Shown here: in pieces, positions 27,968 to 39,759 of the stretch
Numbering within the stretch: position 1 is the first letter of the stretch
How the letters are laid out: every line of letters starts with the position of its first letter
From: Mobula hypostoma
Taxonomy: Eukaryota
Length of the DNA stretch: 64,000 nt
NCBI RefSeq assembly: GCF_963921235.1
Contig: NC_086109.1
Coordinates: forward strand, 26,352,001-26,416,000
Reading direction: 5' to 3'
The notes under the pieces: generated by a model
Seen by the model: the letters and a program-made list of their open reading frames with translations, nothing else
The model's database searches: none
What the model was told of the DNA's origin: nothing
Program-made: the position numbers and the translations under genes

Positions 27968-28799
27968 AGGCTACAAACTAGCCCTTTCCAAACAACTAGG
28001 CTGAATCTGGGTAAGATATTTCCAACTCCCTTGCAGTCAGGAACCTCACTCCCCCCAACTCCCAGCAGCCCACACTCAACCCCCCAAGGCTACTTATATT
28101 CCAAGCCTCAAGATGGGAATCAGGTGCCTCTGATTAACCCAACCGAAACAAGGGACAGCTGGAAGACCCAGAGTCCTGAGTCCACGGACCGGACCGTGAA
28201 CCAGAATGCGGACTTCACGGGCTGGACCACGACAGTACCCCATCTTCTATGGGAGCCTCCGGGTGACCGAAGAGGCTCTCCAGGAATAATGAGGACTCGG
28301 GTGGGTGGGCGGGGGGGGTATTCAATCAGGAGGGAACCCAGGGTGATGGGAGTTCGACGACAGTGTCTGCGTTGCTGGGTCCATGAATGGCTGGTTTGTT
28401 CTGTCACAGAGGGGGGCGCCGGTGGCAGACCCAGATGCAAGACACAGACACTGAAGTACTAGGAACAAGACTTGACTAGAGTAGGGACGTGACAGGATAC
28501 AGACAAGGAGCAGGGACAAGGATGCAGACTTGAGCTAGGACATGGACTAGATAGGGAACTCGGACAAGGAAATATGAACTAGGAGCCTGTGTTTGGGAAA
28601 GCAGGACCAGGACTAGGAACCATGAACTAGGAGCCCGTGCTTGGACTCCGAGCCAGAGACTGGAAAAGAACTGAGAACCTGGGTCTTGCCTTGGGCTCGA
28701 ACCCCAGAAATAAGCAAGGACATGACATGGCCACAGGACAGGACGTGGCTGGGGTCTAGAGGCCTGAAGCTGCAGGCTGGGGTCTTGAGGCTTGAGACT

Positions 28800-29098
28800 G
28801 CAATAACCATAATAGAATCAATGAAAGACTGCATCAAAAGGGTGAAAAACAGTGTACAAAAGACAACAAACTGTGCAAATAATGAATAAACAAATGAGCA
28901 ATAAATATTGAGAGCAGGAAATGAAGAGTCCTTGGAAGTGAGCCATAGGTTGTGGGAACAGTTCAGTAATAGGGCAAGTGAAGTGACTAAAGTTGTCCCC
29001 TTTGGTTCAAGAGCCTGATGTTTGAGTGGTAATGACTGTTCCTGTACCTGGTGGTGTGAGTTCCTGATGGCAGCACCAAGAAGATAACATGACCTGGC
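28800..29098 (-). mobile_element. Rex1/Babar-type 3' tail fragment
   Basis: Similar to 2410-2845 and 10630-11012. Confidence 0.7.
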
Positions 29099-30203
29099 AT
29101 TATATAAATGTTTAGATGAAAATGCTAATAGATAGGGAATTCCAGAATTTAAATCCAGTAATAAAGAAGGAATGTTGATACAGTTTTAAGCTGGGAAGGT
29201 ATGAAGCTTGGAGCTGATCCTGTAAGTGACAGTATTCCCTTGTCCTTGCTAAAGGTCATGGGTTTAGGGAGGGCTGTCAGAATAGCTTAAGCATTTTACT
29301 GCAGTATGTTTTATAGGCAGTATACAGGTCTATAATAAATTGCAACTAAATTAGTTATGACAATGAGAAAACCTGCAAGTTCAATATCATCATTTGCGGG
29401 CTACATTTTTAACATCCTTGTGCCTTTTCTTTGAACTACCAAGTCAAGTCATTCATTATAGCACATTCCAGTATTTGTCCATAAACAAAGGAATTGGTCA
29501 ATAGTTTTTGTACAATAACTATTTTTGAAAGCTGATATCTTAGAAGAAAATCAAAGAAAATCATTGTAACAGTTAACCATTGCCAAAAATAACTAGATTT
29601 ATAATGTCCTTGAGATTTTATTTCAGTTATTATTGATTAAAACTCACTAAAATTAATCTAATGTGACTGAAAAAATGCTTGGCAGACCAAAATCCACAAG
29701 AATTTTCATTCATTTAGATCTGCTTTGTATCTGGAATCTCCATTCTGTCATTTTGAAATTAAACAGATTTTGTACTTCAATGCAGCAACTCATCACAACC
29801 CACATCACAGTACAAATAGTCACAGGTTAATTAGGGAACAGCCGCCATCCTTTTCCTGTTAAAACTTCAAACCATGGTTTGCTTTCATAAAATTTCATAG
29901 CCTTCTCCTGTTTCAACATTATATTTGTTGATTATGACATATGCAAGACGAGGTTGTTTGTAAAAAGAGCTTATTTTAAATCAACACCCAAATATGTGGT
30001 CAGCTTTCTGAATGAGATTTGTTTCAAGCAAAGTAGTTCATGAATCAGCGTAACAGTAAATCTGAACCAAAATAGGTTTGGGTATAATTGATTTTAGTTT
30101 AGAAATTTTACAATCTTTTCAACTGTTGGCCGTTTCCAGACCGATGCTGCTGGTGCAAGCAATGCTTCTGTCTGATGTTCCATGATTAATATTCCGTTTG
30201 TTT

Positions 30204-31118
30204 TGTTACGTACCCCGTAACTGGGTTGCCAAACCAGCAGAAATGGATCACTCAGTTGGAGTCTGGATTACTGGAACTAAGAAAGTTTTATTAAAGAAAT
30301 AAGCAACACGGTACTCTAATCAAAAGGATAATGAATACAACAGTTCAGCAATGATAAACACACATGTACACAGAAACTAGGATAATAGGATCAATCAAGC
30401 TCTATCGTCGTCTAGGGGTAAATGACCAGTTTCAAAGTGACGTGAAGTTCAGTTCAATTGAGTTCAGTTCAGTTCAGTTCACAGTAATCACTGCCATGGC
30501 GATGGACGGGGGGGGGGCGCGTGGGGGGAAGGAAGAGAGCAAAAGTGAATGAATATTCAAACGGCTTCCACACAGACCTTCGATATTCTTCGCAGTCAGC
30601 TTTCGGACGAGCCCTTGGTAATGTCTTCTGAGGTCACCGACTGTGACCCCTCAGTTTCCAGATACGATCGTTTCTCTGCGGTGAACCTGGCACCCAGGCA
30701 AGGGTGGACACACACCAGGTTCCCGCCGATCGTACCTTTCCACCCTGTGCGTCTATGGCCTCGTCCCGCGACCAGCCCTCCAAAACTGCCACCGGCTTGT
30801 GGGAGGCGCACCGTTTCCAGGGTCTCGTTACCTCGTGGTGTAGTGTGTGTCTTGCCTTAGTGAACCTGTCCCTTTTTATCCCCTTGCTGGGGTATCGCCT
30901 GTCCATCACTTCAAACAGTTCAGGGTTCAAAGGGGGAGCCGATCTTGACAGCTCTCCTTCCATTAAACTCTCCCGTCCCTTCATTAACATCTCCAAATGC
31001 TGCTCCATTGTTTTCCTTATCTCTCTTTCTCCTGAAGACAGGTGGCAGACCAACTGCTGATCCCACTGGTGCCAACACAGGACAGCTAACATCTTAATCT
31101 ATGTGTATTCTCGTCACA
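30204..31118 (-). mobile_element. Solo LTR (Gypsy-type), copy 1
   Basis: TGTTAC…GTCACA termini, 4-bp TSD GTTT and minus-strand AATAAA near 30290. Homologous over its full length to 62301-63174. Confidence 0.88.
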
Positions 31119-31337
31119 GTTTGAACTTTCTCACCATTTGTTTCCTTTATGTTTTTAATTGTCTATCATTTAGAGGATTATAAAATCAATCAGGAGACAT
31201 AAAGGGGATTTCAGCACGAGCTTTGTGATCCAGAAAGTACCACAGTTCGTGAACTTGAAAGAATTGAACGTAGAATTCAGATTCAGATTCAGGTTCAATT
31301 ATTTATTTCACGTGGAAACATAGAGGGAGATGAGCAC

Positions 31338-31572
31338 ATAAGAACTCAAGACATAGCAGCAGAATTAGGCAATTCAGCCCATCAAGTCTGCTCCGCCATG
31401 CCATCATAGCTGACTTTTTTAAATCCCACTCAACCCCACTTCCCTGCCTTCTCTCTGCAACCTTTGATGCCCTTACTAATCAAACTCTGCTTTAAACATA
31501 CACATTGATTGGCCTTCACAGATTCACCACCCTCTAGCTAAAGAAATTCCTCCTCAACTATGTTCTAAAGGG
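31338..31572 (-). mobile_element. CR1 3' end fragment
   Basis: Reverse complement of the CR1 tail (RRNFFSxRVVNL and 3' UTR). Confidence 0.75.
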
Positions 31573-32014
31573 ATAATTTATGTTAACAGCTAATACAACC
31601 AAAGGATGTGCTGAGGGCAGCCTGCAACTGTTCAGAATCAGAATTAGGTTTAATATTCTTTCTTACTTCTCTTCTAATATTTGTATATCTGTACACTTGT
31701 AATGCTACAGTCACACTGTAATTTCCTTTGGGATTAATAAAGTATCTACATGCTGTGAAATGTTCTATCTTTGTATTAGCAGGACAATATAATACATAAT
31801 CATAGAAAACAACTGTGAATTGCAGTAAGTGTATACTGTACATATATATAAATAAAAATGTAGTGAGCGAGTGTTTGTGGGTTCAATGTCCATTGAGAAA
31901 TTGGATGCACACTCTGCCACCAAAATAGCATGCCCACATGCTCAGCGGAACAACACAAGCAACGTGCTATGTGTCGGAATGTGTGGCAACACATCATCTA
32001 GATTGATGGGTAAC

Positions 32015-32345
32015 TACAGTGGCACTGCAGTTGGCACCATTGCTTCCAAGCTCCAGAGACCCAGGTTGGACCCTGACCATAGGTGGACCTTGTACATTGT
32101 CCCGATGAACATGGGATTCCTCTGTTTGCTTTGGTTCTCTCCCATATCCCAAAGACATTCTGGCAGGTTAATTGGCTACTACAAATTATCCCTTAGTAAA
32201 GACAAAAAAGAAAATCAAGGAGAAACTGATGGCTATGTAAACAAGAATAAATTACAGAAGTGTCGGAAAATGAGAAGGAGAATACAGCCAGAGCTTCCCT
32301 GGTAGTCATCATAGCCCAATGGGCTCAGAAGCCACCTTCTGTGTT
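32015..32345 (+). mobile_element. HE1-like SINE with CR1-type tail
   Basis: CCCAAAGACAT…GGTTAATTGGCT core and a decayed tRNA-like head. Confidence 0.6.
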
Positions 32346-32699
32346 ACAATAAGTAAGTTACTGCAGTACTGAAGGAATATTATAGCACTGTCTTTCTTGA
32401 TAAAGCCTTGAACTCACACTCTGTCTTCCCTCTCAGATGGCATGGGGGGACTATTTGAAGAAGTTAAAGAAGTTAAACCTCAGTGATGTAGCCAATGTTT
32501 ATTCAGATCAGCATCACCTAAAGCTCTTCATTTGACCATGATCATTGCATGCTGAATCCTACCATTTACAGATCTACTGTCACAATCGCTACAATAGAGA
32601 AGCCACAGTACTACAGAAGTTCTAGACTATTTTCCTGAGGCCTGGAGTGTGGCAGGGTTGAGCTTAAAACTCATCCAGGCAAATAAGGATTATACTGGA

Positions 32700-33020
32700 T
32701 CATCACAGTCGTGCAGCGGTTAGCAAAATGCCTTGCAGTGCCTGCTATAAATCAACCGAGGTTTGATTCCCACCACTGCACGTAAGGAGTTTGTAAGCTC
32801 CTCCCGTGATCACCTGGGTTTCATCCAGGAGTTCCAGTTCTGTTTCACATTCCAAAGATGTGCGGTCAGAGTTGGTGAATTGTGTGCGTACTATGTTGGC
32901 CCTGGAAGCATGGCGACACTTGTGCCTGCCCAGCATGATCTTCGCTGATTTGATTTGATGCAAACAGTACATATCATTGTATGTTTCGATGTACATGTGA
33001 CAAATAAAGTTTATCTTTAA
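32700..33020 (+). mobile_element. HE1-like SINE head and core with Rex1/L2-type tail
   Basis: GTGCAGCGGTTAGC A-box, GGTTTGATTCC B-box, CCAAAGATGTGCGG core. Ends TGTATGTTTCGATGTACATGTGACAAATAAAG. Confidence 0.65.
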
Positions 33021-33049
33021 TTTTTAGCTGGAGTAATTACTGTCTTAGA

Positions 33050-33735
33050 AGTTGGTGAAGATTCGGCATACTTTCAAAAACTTTGACAAGCTTCTATAGA
33101 TGTGTGGTGGAGAGTACGTTAGCTGATTATCTCATGGTCTGGTCTGGAAACACCAATGCCCTTGAACAGAAAAGCCTACAAAAGGTAGTGGATACGGCCC
33201 AGTTCTTCATGGGTAAAGCCTTCCCACCATTGATCACATCTACATGGAGCAGAAAAGCAGCATCCATCATCAAGGACCTCCACCATCCAGACCATGCTCT
33301 CTTCTCGTGGTTGCCATCAGGAAGAGGTACAGGGACCTCAAGGGCCACACAGCCTCATTCCAGAACAGTTATTACCTCTCAACCATCAGACTTTGAACCA
33401 GAGAGGATAACTTCGCTCAGCTTCACTCACTCTATCACTGAACTTATCCCATAACCTTCGGACTCATTTTGAAGCACTCTTCATCTCATGTTCTTGTTAT
33501 TTGTTGTTTATTCATTTATTATTATTATTATTATTATTGTTTTTTTTTCTTTTTTTGTATTCACACAGTCCTTTGCACATTGGTTGTTGTCCGACATTGG
33601 CTGCGGTCTTTCATTTAATCAATTGTGTTTTTTATATTTACTGTGAATGCCCACAAGAAAATGAATCTCAGGGTTGTATATGGTGACATATATGTACTTT
33701 GATAATAAATTTACTTTATAGTTTGTACTTTGTAC
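33050..33735 (+). mobile_element. Rex1/Babar-type LINE 3' fragment
   Basis: FYRCVVESTL…LQKVVDTAQ…KDLHHPDHALFSWLPSGR plus 3' UTR. Confidence 0.85.
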
Positions 33736-34009
33736 TTACATCTGAAATGCATATAGTCTTATTAAAAAAAATCTAATTGACGAAATCACTTCAGGGAAGG
33801 AAATGTGACAACCTTACCAAGCCTGGCCTACTTGTGACCCAGACTGACAGCAATGTTGTAAATCCACGAAAAGTGAGACTATGTAGATCAGTCATGTAAT
33901 TTATTCTGGTCAGGCTCATCATATTATGATCTAGTTAACAACTTCACAATTGTATCCAATGGACTCCACATAACAATTTGCCCTCCCAAAGCTTTGTATC
34001 CCCACATTG

Positions 34010-34812
34010 AGATATACCAGAGTGGTGTCGTAGCAACAACCTTGCATTCAACGTCAGCAAGACCAAAGAGCTGATTGTGGACTTCAGAAAGGATAAGACA
34101 AGGAATCACAAAACAATCCTCATAGAGGGATCAGAAGTGGAAAGAGTGAAAAGTTCAAGTTCCCGGGTGTCAATATCTCTGCGGACCTACCTGGATGCAG
34201 ATATAAAGAAGGCAAGACAGCAGCTATATTTCATTAGGAGTTTGAGGAGATATGGTTTGTTAACTAAAACACTCGAAACCTTCTATAAATGTACCATGGA
34301 GAGCATTCTGACTGACTGCATCACCGTCTGGTATCGGGGGGGGGGGGTGGAGGTGTTGCTACTGCACGGGACCGAAAGAAGCTACAGAAAGCTATAAAGT
34401 CAATCAGCTCCATCATGGGTACTAGCCTCCAGAGTATTCAAGACATCTTCAAGGAGCGGTGCCTCAGGAAGGCTGTGTCCATCTTTAAGGATTCCCATAA
34501 TTCAGGACATACCCTCTTCTCATTGTTACCATCAGGAAGGAGGTACAGAAGCCTGAAGGCACCACTCAGCAATTCAGGAACTATTTCTTCCCCTCTGACA
34601 TCTGATTTTCAAATGGACATTGAACCTATGAACACTACCTCACTACTTGTTTATTCCTTTTTTTTTGCAGAACTAGCAGTATTTTAGCGCAACTATTTAA
34701 TAGACATACAGTATGTGTACTTAATGTAATTCAGTTTTTTCCTCTATATTTATTTATCATGTATTTCATTTTTCTGCAGCAATGAAGTTAACAAATTTCA
34801 CGTCATATGCTG
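34010..34812 (+). mobile_element. Rex1/Babar-type LINE fragment (a CR1 tail follows at 34815-34930)
   Basis: NNLAFNVSKTKELIVDFRK, KKARQQLYFIRSLRR, FYKCTMESILT, LLPSGRRYRSL. Confidence 0.85.
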
Positions 34813-35453
34813 TTGAAAGGTTACAGGGAGAAGGCCAGGAAAAAAAAAGGATCAGCCATGATTGAATGGTGGAGCAAACTCAATGGGCCAGATAGCCTAT
34901 TTCTGCTTCTGTGTCTTATGGTCTTATGATATTACACCTGATTATAAGACCAAACACCAATCTTATTGAGATTGCTATATATGATGCAATGCTTGTGGAA
35001 AAGTATTACAGAATAAAGCCAAGGGAGAGATCTTACAATCTTCCTCTTCAACAGAATAACTTTCCTGATTATCTTATGTTTAATTATTTACCAAATTTAA
35101 TCATATGACTCAATTTCACCGCTGGCTCACAGTTGGAGTAACTGTGGAAACAGGCCAAATTTCCCACTTTAATGAAATATGTTACTTTAATTCTTTTAGT
35201 CCTCCTTCACGTTTTAATCTTCCAAGTCCACTCCCTCCCCTTCATGTAATCTTCAGAGGTAGGGAGGTGGGAGTGTTTGTGTGCAGGACAGACAGATGAG
35301 CTGCAAAATGAACTTTATGATAAAGAGCAGCTGTACATGCCAGGACTGATACTGATACTATGTGTCAGCTTGGAACATCAAACCACTAACAACATTTTGG
35401 CTACATGAATAACAGGTATGATATCAGAACCATTGAATGTTGAAATATATTAA

Positions 35454-35906
35454 CCCTTACATACAGTTCATATTCTATACTTTCACAGTATGGTCCGGGT
35501 CAATTTTGACCCGGCCCAAGAATCCCCTCATAACAAGGGTCTATACCAAAATTTGAACATCTGACATTAATAAATGGGTGGTTAATCCTTAATTAATGTT
35601 TCAGAGATGTAAAATCCATTTCAATAGATACGGGTCAAATTTGACCCGGAACAGCCTCAATGTACATTAATCCTTAATGTTTCAGAGATGTAAAATCCAT
35701 TTCAATAGATATGGGTCAAATTTGACCCAGAACAGCCTCAATGTACAAAAATATGTAGCACCTGTACAAAAGTATAACATTTTTAAATAATTTCATTTTT
35801 GCGCATTTTGGGTCTCTTTAGTCATCAAATTTCAGCTAAATTAGGGTGTTTCTACTGCTGTCAAATGTCAAAACGGGTCAAATTTGACCTGAACAGTATG
35901 TAAGGG
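35454..35906. mobile_element. piggyBac-family MITE
   Basis: TTAA TSD at 35450-35453 and 35907-35910. 17-bp TIRs CCCTTACATAC(A/T)GTTCA with one mismatch. No ORF. Confidence 0.9.
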
Positions 35907-36409
35907 TTAAAGCCCATCTGTCCGCTTGGGTATTTACTCTTGAATCAGCATAATTGAAAAATAATTATTGACAATTATAAGAAAGCTGATTGAGGCAAAT
36001 AGCTATGCACAATGTGATTTACTGCGTGTTTTTTTAAAAAATATTTTAATCTAACCAAACTTAAGACTGAGGTAGACGTGATTTAAAAAAAGTTTGCATT
36101 TAGACAGCTACATGATCCAAAAAGTTTTATAGTCAGTGAAGTTCCTTTGAAGGTAAGATTGTATTGTAGGAATGAAGACATTGCATTTGAGAACTTTCTA
36201 TAGACAATATTGTGATAACTATCAACACAGAGTGAAATGGTAGATCATTGTCATATCCTACAACTGACCATAATAAGATTAAGACTGTTGCTTCAACTCA
36301 CAATATCTTCTGAGAAAACATGTATCATACAATTGAAGTCAAACAATTCAACTTATTCGATAACGTTATGCTATTGAAGAGATAATTCTCATTTGATCGA
36401 TGCTTACAA

Positions 36410-37710
36410 TCATGATTGGGTTTCTTGAGGATATGACAAAACTGCATGATGAGGGGAGGGCACTGGATATCATCTATGTGGATTTTGGTAGAACATTCAA
36501 ACAGTCATGGCAATCCAGTTCAGAAAATCAAAACTCAGGAGATCAATGGGAACTTGGTAGACTGCATTCAAAACTGGCTTGGCCAAAGAAGTTTGAGGGT
36601 AACACTGGAGGAGTGTTTTTCTGACTGGAGACCTGTTACCCGTGATGTACTATAAGGATCAGCGTTGAGACCTCTGTCATTTGAGATGTGAGCAAAAATA
36701 TAGGTCGGATGTTTCGTAGTTTTTGCAGGTGCATAAATATTGAAGGTAGTGTGGTTAGTGAGGAAAGTTATCAAATGATTCAATGGATTATAAATAAGAA
36801 GGAAATATGGGTAGAAAATGGCAGATGGAGTTTTATTCAGACAAGTGTGAGGTGTTGCCCTTTGGGAGGTCAAGTGAAAGAGGGAAAGATACAGTAAATG
36901 GTAGGACCCTTGATATAAGAGTGATCTTAGGGTGCAAGTCCAGACCTCCCTGGAAGTGGCAACATAAGCAGATAGGATGGTAAATCGGGTCAATAGTATA
37001 CTTACCTTATCATTCCGGGCATTGGGAATGAAAGTTAAGATGTCATGTCACAACTGTAAAAATCTTTGGTTAGGCCAAATTTAGAGCGTTGTGTGGTTGA
37101 TAGATTATTGATTGGTCAGGGCATGAGGGGATACGGGGAGAAGGCAGAAGACTGAGGCTGAGAGGGAAAATGGATCAGCCATGATGAAATGGTGGAGCAT
37201 TCTCGATGGGCCAAATGGCCTAATTCTGCTCCTATATCTTATGGTGTGCATTTCCGGTTGCCACGTTTCACAGAGGATGTAAAGGTTTTGGAGAGGATGC
37301 AAAGTGAGTTCACAAGGATCTTGCCTGGATTTTTGAGTATTAGCCGTAAGGAGTGGGCAGACTTAGAGTGGTGTTGCTGAAGGCTAATAGAGATGTATGA
37401 CAGGCAGAAGCAGGATAGACAGAGTCCCACTCACAGGGTGGAAATGCCAGAGGACATAGATATAAAGTGAGAAGGGGAAAGTTTAGAGGACATTTGGGAA
37501 AGTGGTGGGGAGTGGGTACATGGAACCAGGGACAGTCGAAGCAAATTTGTGAGCTCCATTTTAAGAGGCATTTAGACAGGCAGAACGGCAAGCAGGGAAT
37601 GGAGGAATACAGACCACGTGGACGCAAACAGGGTTCGTTTAAGTTGGCATCATGGTTAGCACAGACATTATGAGCTGAAGGTCCTATCCCTGTGCTACAA
37701 TGATCTATGT
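36410..37710 (+). mobile_element. Old CR1 RT and 3' region with a younger CR1 tail inserted at about 37100-37245
   Basis: FLEDMTKLHDEGRALDIIYVDF, CIQNWL and VLERMQSEFTRILPG motifs, plus CR1 3' UTRs. Confidence 0.75.
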
Positions 37711-38426
37711 TCATTATAGTACATTGGCTTCCTGCATTACCAGAAGAGCACTTCAGCCTAATGCTGATCTTCCAAGGATAGTTCATACAATGAATTTGCA
37801 AGAGGAAGGTGGCAGCGCTTCTCCTCAAACAAGTAACACAAAGTCACAGTTTTTGTTAAAGTGCTTAATTTCAAACTATTTATTTTAAAACCAGTCGCTA
37901 AACTACATTTTTTCCACAATATTCTATGATGCAGCAATACATTGAAATACTGCATGATAAACGGCTTTAAGAAGTGCTAAGGTTGTACTCAAGATGGCAA
38001 GGTGCCATATTTAATAGGAATTCAGTACTTAACAGCTCTCAGCACGCGATTCAAATTCACATCATCCAGGGCGTGGAGTGCAGAGAAGAAAATCCCTCTA
38101 TATGATATGCTTTGGGAGGCTTTGCCAAGGATAATAACACTTTTATATTAATGCAAAGAAACAAAAGATCTTAGGCAGCATGAGAGAAATCTGTGCCTCG
38201 AGTCTACTGTCTGAGCCTGACCTAAGAACTGAGGCAGTCTGATGTGTGTAAGCTATGCTCCAAAGTAAATGTCCATGAGCTTGTGAGGAATTTGCCACAG
38301 TTCAGGCCGGTCCTGCTTCAGACAGTTACTGAAGTATTCCAGGGTCAAAGGATAATCCTTGTTAAAAGTATTCAATAGCTCCAAAGACATGGCAAAACGT
38401 TTTCAATTGCTCAGTCCTTTGCAATA

Positions 38427-38949
38427 CACTCAGTGGTCACTTTATTACACCTGTTTGTTAATACAAATATCTAATCAGCCAATCATATGGCAGCAACTCA
38501 AACCATAACAGCATGCAGACATGGTAAAGGGGTTCAGCTATTGGTCAGGACAAATATCAGAATGGGGAAGAAATGTGATCTAAGTGACTTTTGACTGTGG
38601 AAAGATTGTCGGTGCCAGACAAGGTGGTTTGAGCATCTCAGAAACTGCCGATCTCCTGGGATTTTCACACATAAACAGTCTGTAGAGCTTACAGAGAATG
38701 GTGTGAAAAGCAAAAAACATCCAGTGAACTTTTTTAATGAGAGAGGTCAGAGGAGAATAGCCAGACTAGTTCACGTTGACAGAAAAGCAACAATAACTCA
38801 GATAACCATTGGTGTTCTGAAGAGCAAATCTGAATTCAGAACACATTGAACCTTGAAGTGGATGGGTTACAGCAGCAGAAAACCATAAATGTACACTCAG
38901 GGGCCACTTCATTAGGTACAGTAGGAACCTAATAAAAGGTCACTGAGCA
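38427..38949 (+). mobile_element. Non-autonomous Tc1/mariner element
   Basis: TA-flanked TIR CACTCAGTGGTCACTTTATTA with an inverted copy at about 38926-38949. Transposase N-terminus remnant MGKKCDLSDF..GKIVGARQGGLSISETADLLGFS. Confidence 0.85.
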
Positions 38950-39759
38950 TATATTGAACTTCAGTCACCAGACTCTGATCTGACACCAGCCCCAGAATTA
39001 CTGTGCAACCACTTCCTCCTTCAAACTGGGGCCTTCTTTTTAAATTTCTCCCTGCCCTTGCTGCAGGCTGCTCTTGGTAAATGACTCACAATCTTGCTTT
39101 TCTAAGCTAACGTATCGAGCTGGAATGTAATGGGCCACTTGCACTGATGCCTAACATTGCATGGGATGATGGTTCTGTCTTCAGATCTTTAATTGCCACC
39201 TTCTCAGTTGTACAAGAAAGGTGTGGATGTGAACGTTATGCTATGTCTTTCGAGCACACTGTGAGGTTTGCATTTGAAGCTGTTGACATTTTTCTGTATG
39301 TCAGATCATTCAGAGGGACAAAAGAAATGTTACTTACAAGACCTGTTTGGTGGAGCTTTTGGGAAGATTAGCAATTTCGTATATTGACCCAAAACCTCAG
39401 GCTAATGGTGCATAGGATGAGACATTGATTCACTAACCCTAATTGGTCATTGAACTTATTACAGCACTGCATCTGAGAACTGGGATTTGATTCCTGGTGG
39501 CAACATTTGCATCTATTATGTCCTATTATGCTTTTAATCCCTATGTATGATCAGGCCAAATCTTTTTCATCTTCCCCTGTATCAAAATCTTAGGTAAATC
39601 TTTACATGAAACGTGGAAACAGCCATCTTCCTTGTAATTCACTGTCTTCCAGCACAGAAGAACACCAATACTTCAATGTCAAAACGGTAAGAGCTGTCTA
39701 GAGATACAGGTGGTCATCAGGCACCCATTTTTACACCTATGCTACGCCAACCCATTTTG

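Larger units (their letters stand above)
18165..28061 (-). mobile_element. Full-length Nimb/I-clade LINE (RNase H-bearing), decayed and interrupted by four nested insertions
   Basis: 15-bp TSD CCAGCAGCCCACACT at 18150-18164 and 28062-28076. ORF1 and ORF2 domains are in the expected order, and the 3' end reads GGCAGTAATATGCC…AAACTGCCGGAAATAGAAG. Confidence 0.9.
17182..28798 (-). mobile_element. Non-autonomous miniature Gypsy (Tf1/sushi-like) LTR element: partial 5' LTR 28402-28798, internal 28235-28401, 3' LTR 28234-28062 plus 18164-17182
   Basis: Direct repeats begin TGTCAC at 17182 and 28402. On the minus strand the LTR end …GTGACA is followed by GAACAAACCAGCCATTC and ATG GAC CCA GCA (gag-like MDPA start at 28384). 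A PPT, ATAGAAGATGGGGTAC, abuts the 3' LTR start TGTCG at 28234. Confidence 0.8.

Noticed and set aside
27806..28462. 218-aa plus-strand ORF
   Set aside because: It runs antisense across the Nimb 5' end, the TSD, the LTR and the Gypsy internal region, so it is a chance chimera.
17182..28798. Intact LTR retrotransposon with RT and RNase H between the direct repeats
   Set aside because: The RT and RNase H belong to a non-LTR Nimb element with an APE domain and its own TSD. There is no protease or integrase.
38010..38140. Possible short exon (minus strand FSALHALDDVNLNRVLRAVKY)
   Set aside because: No clear splice acceptor and no recognisable protein, so it cannot be supported.
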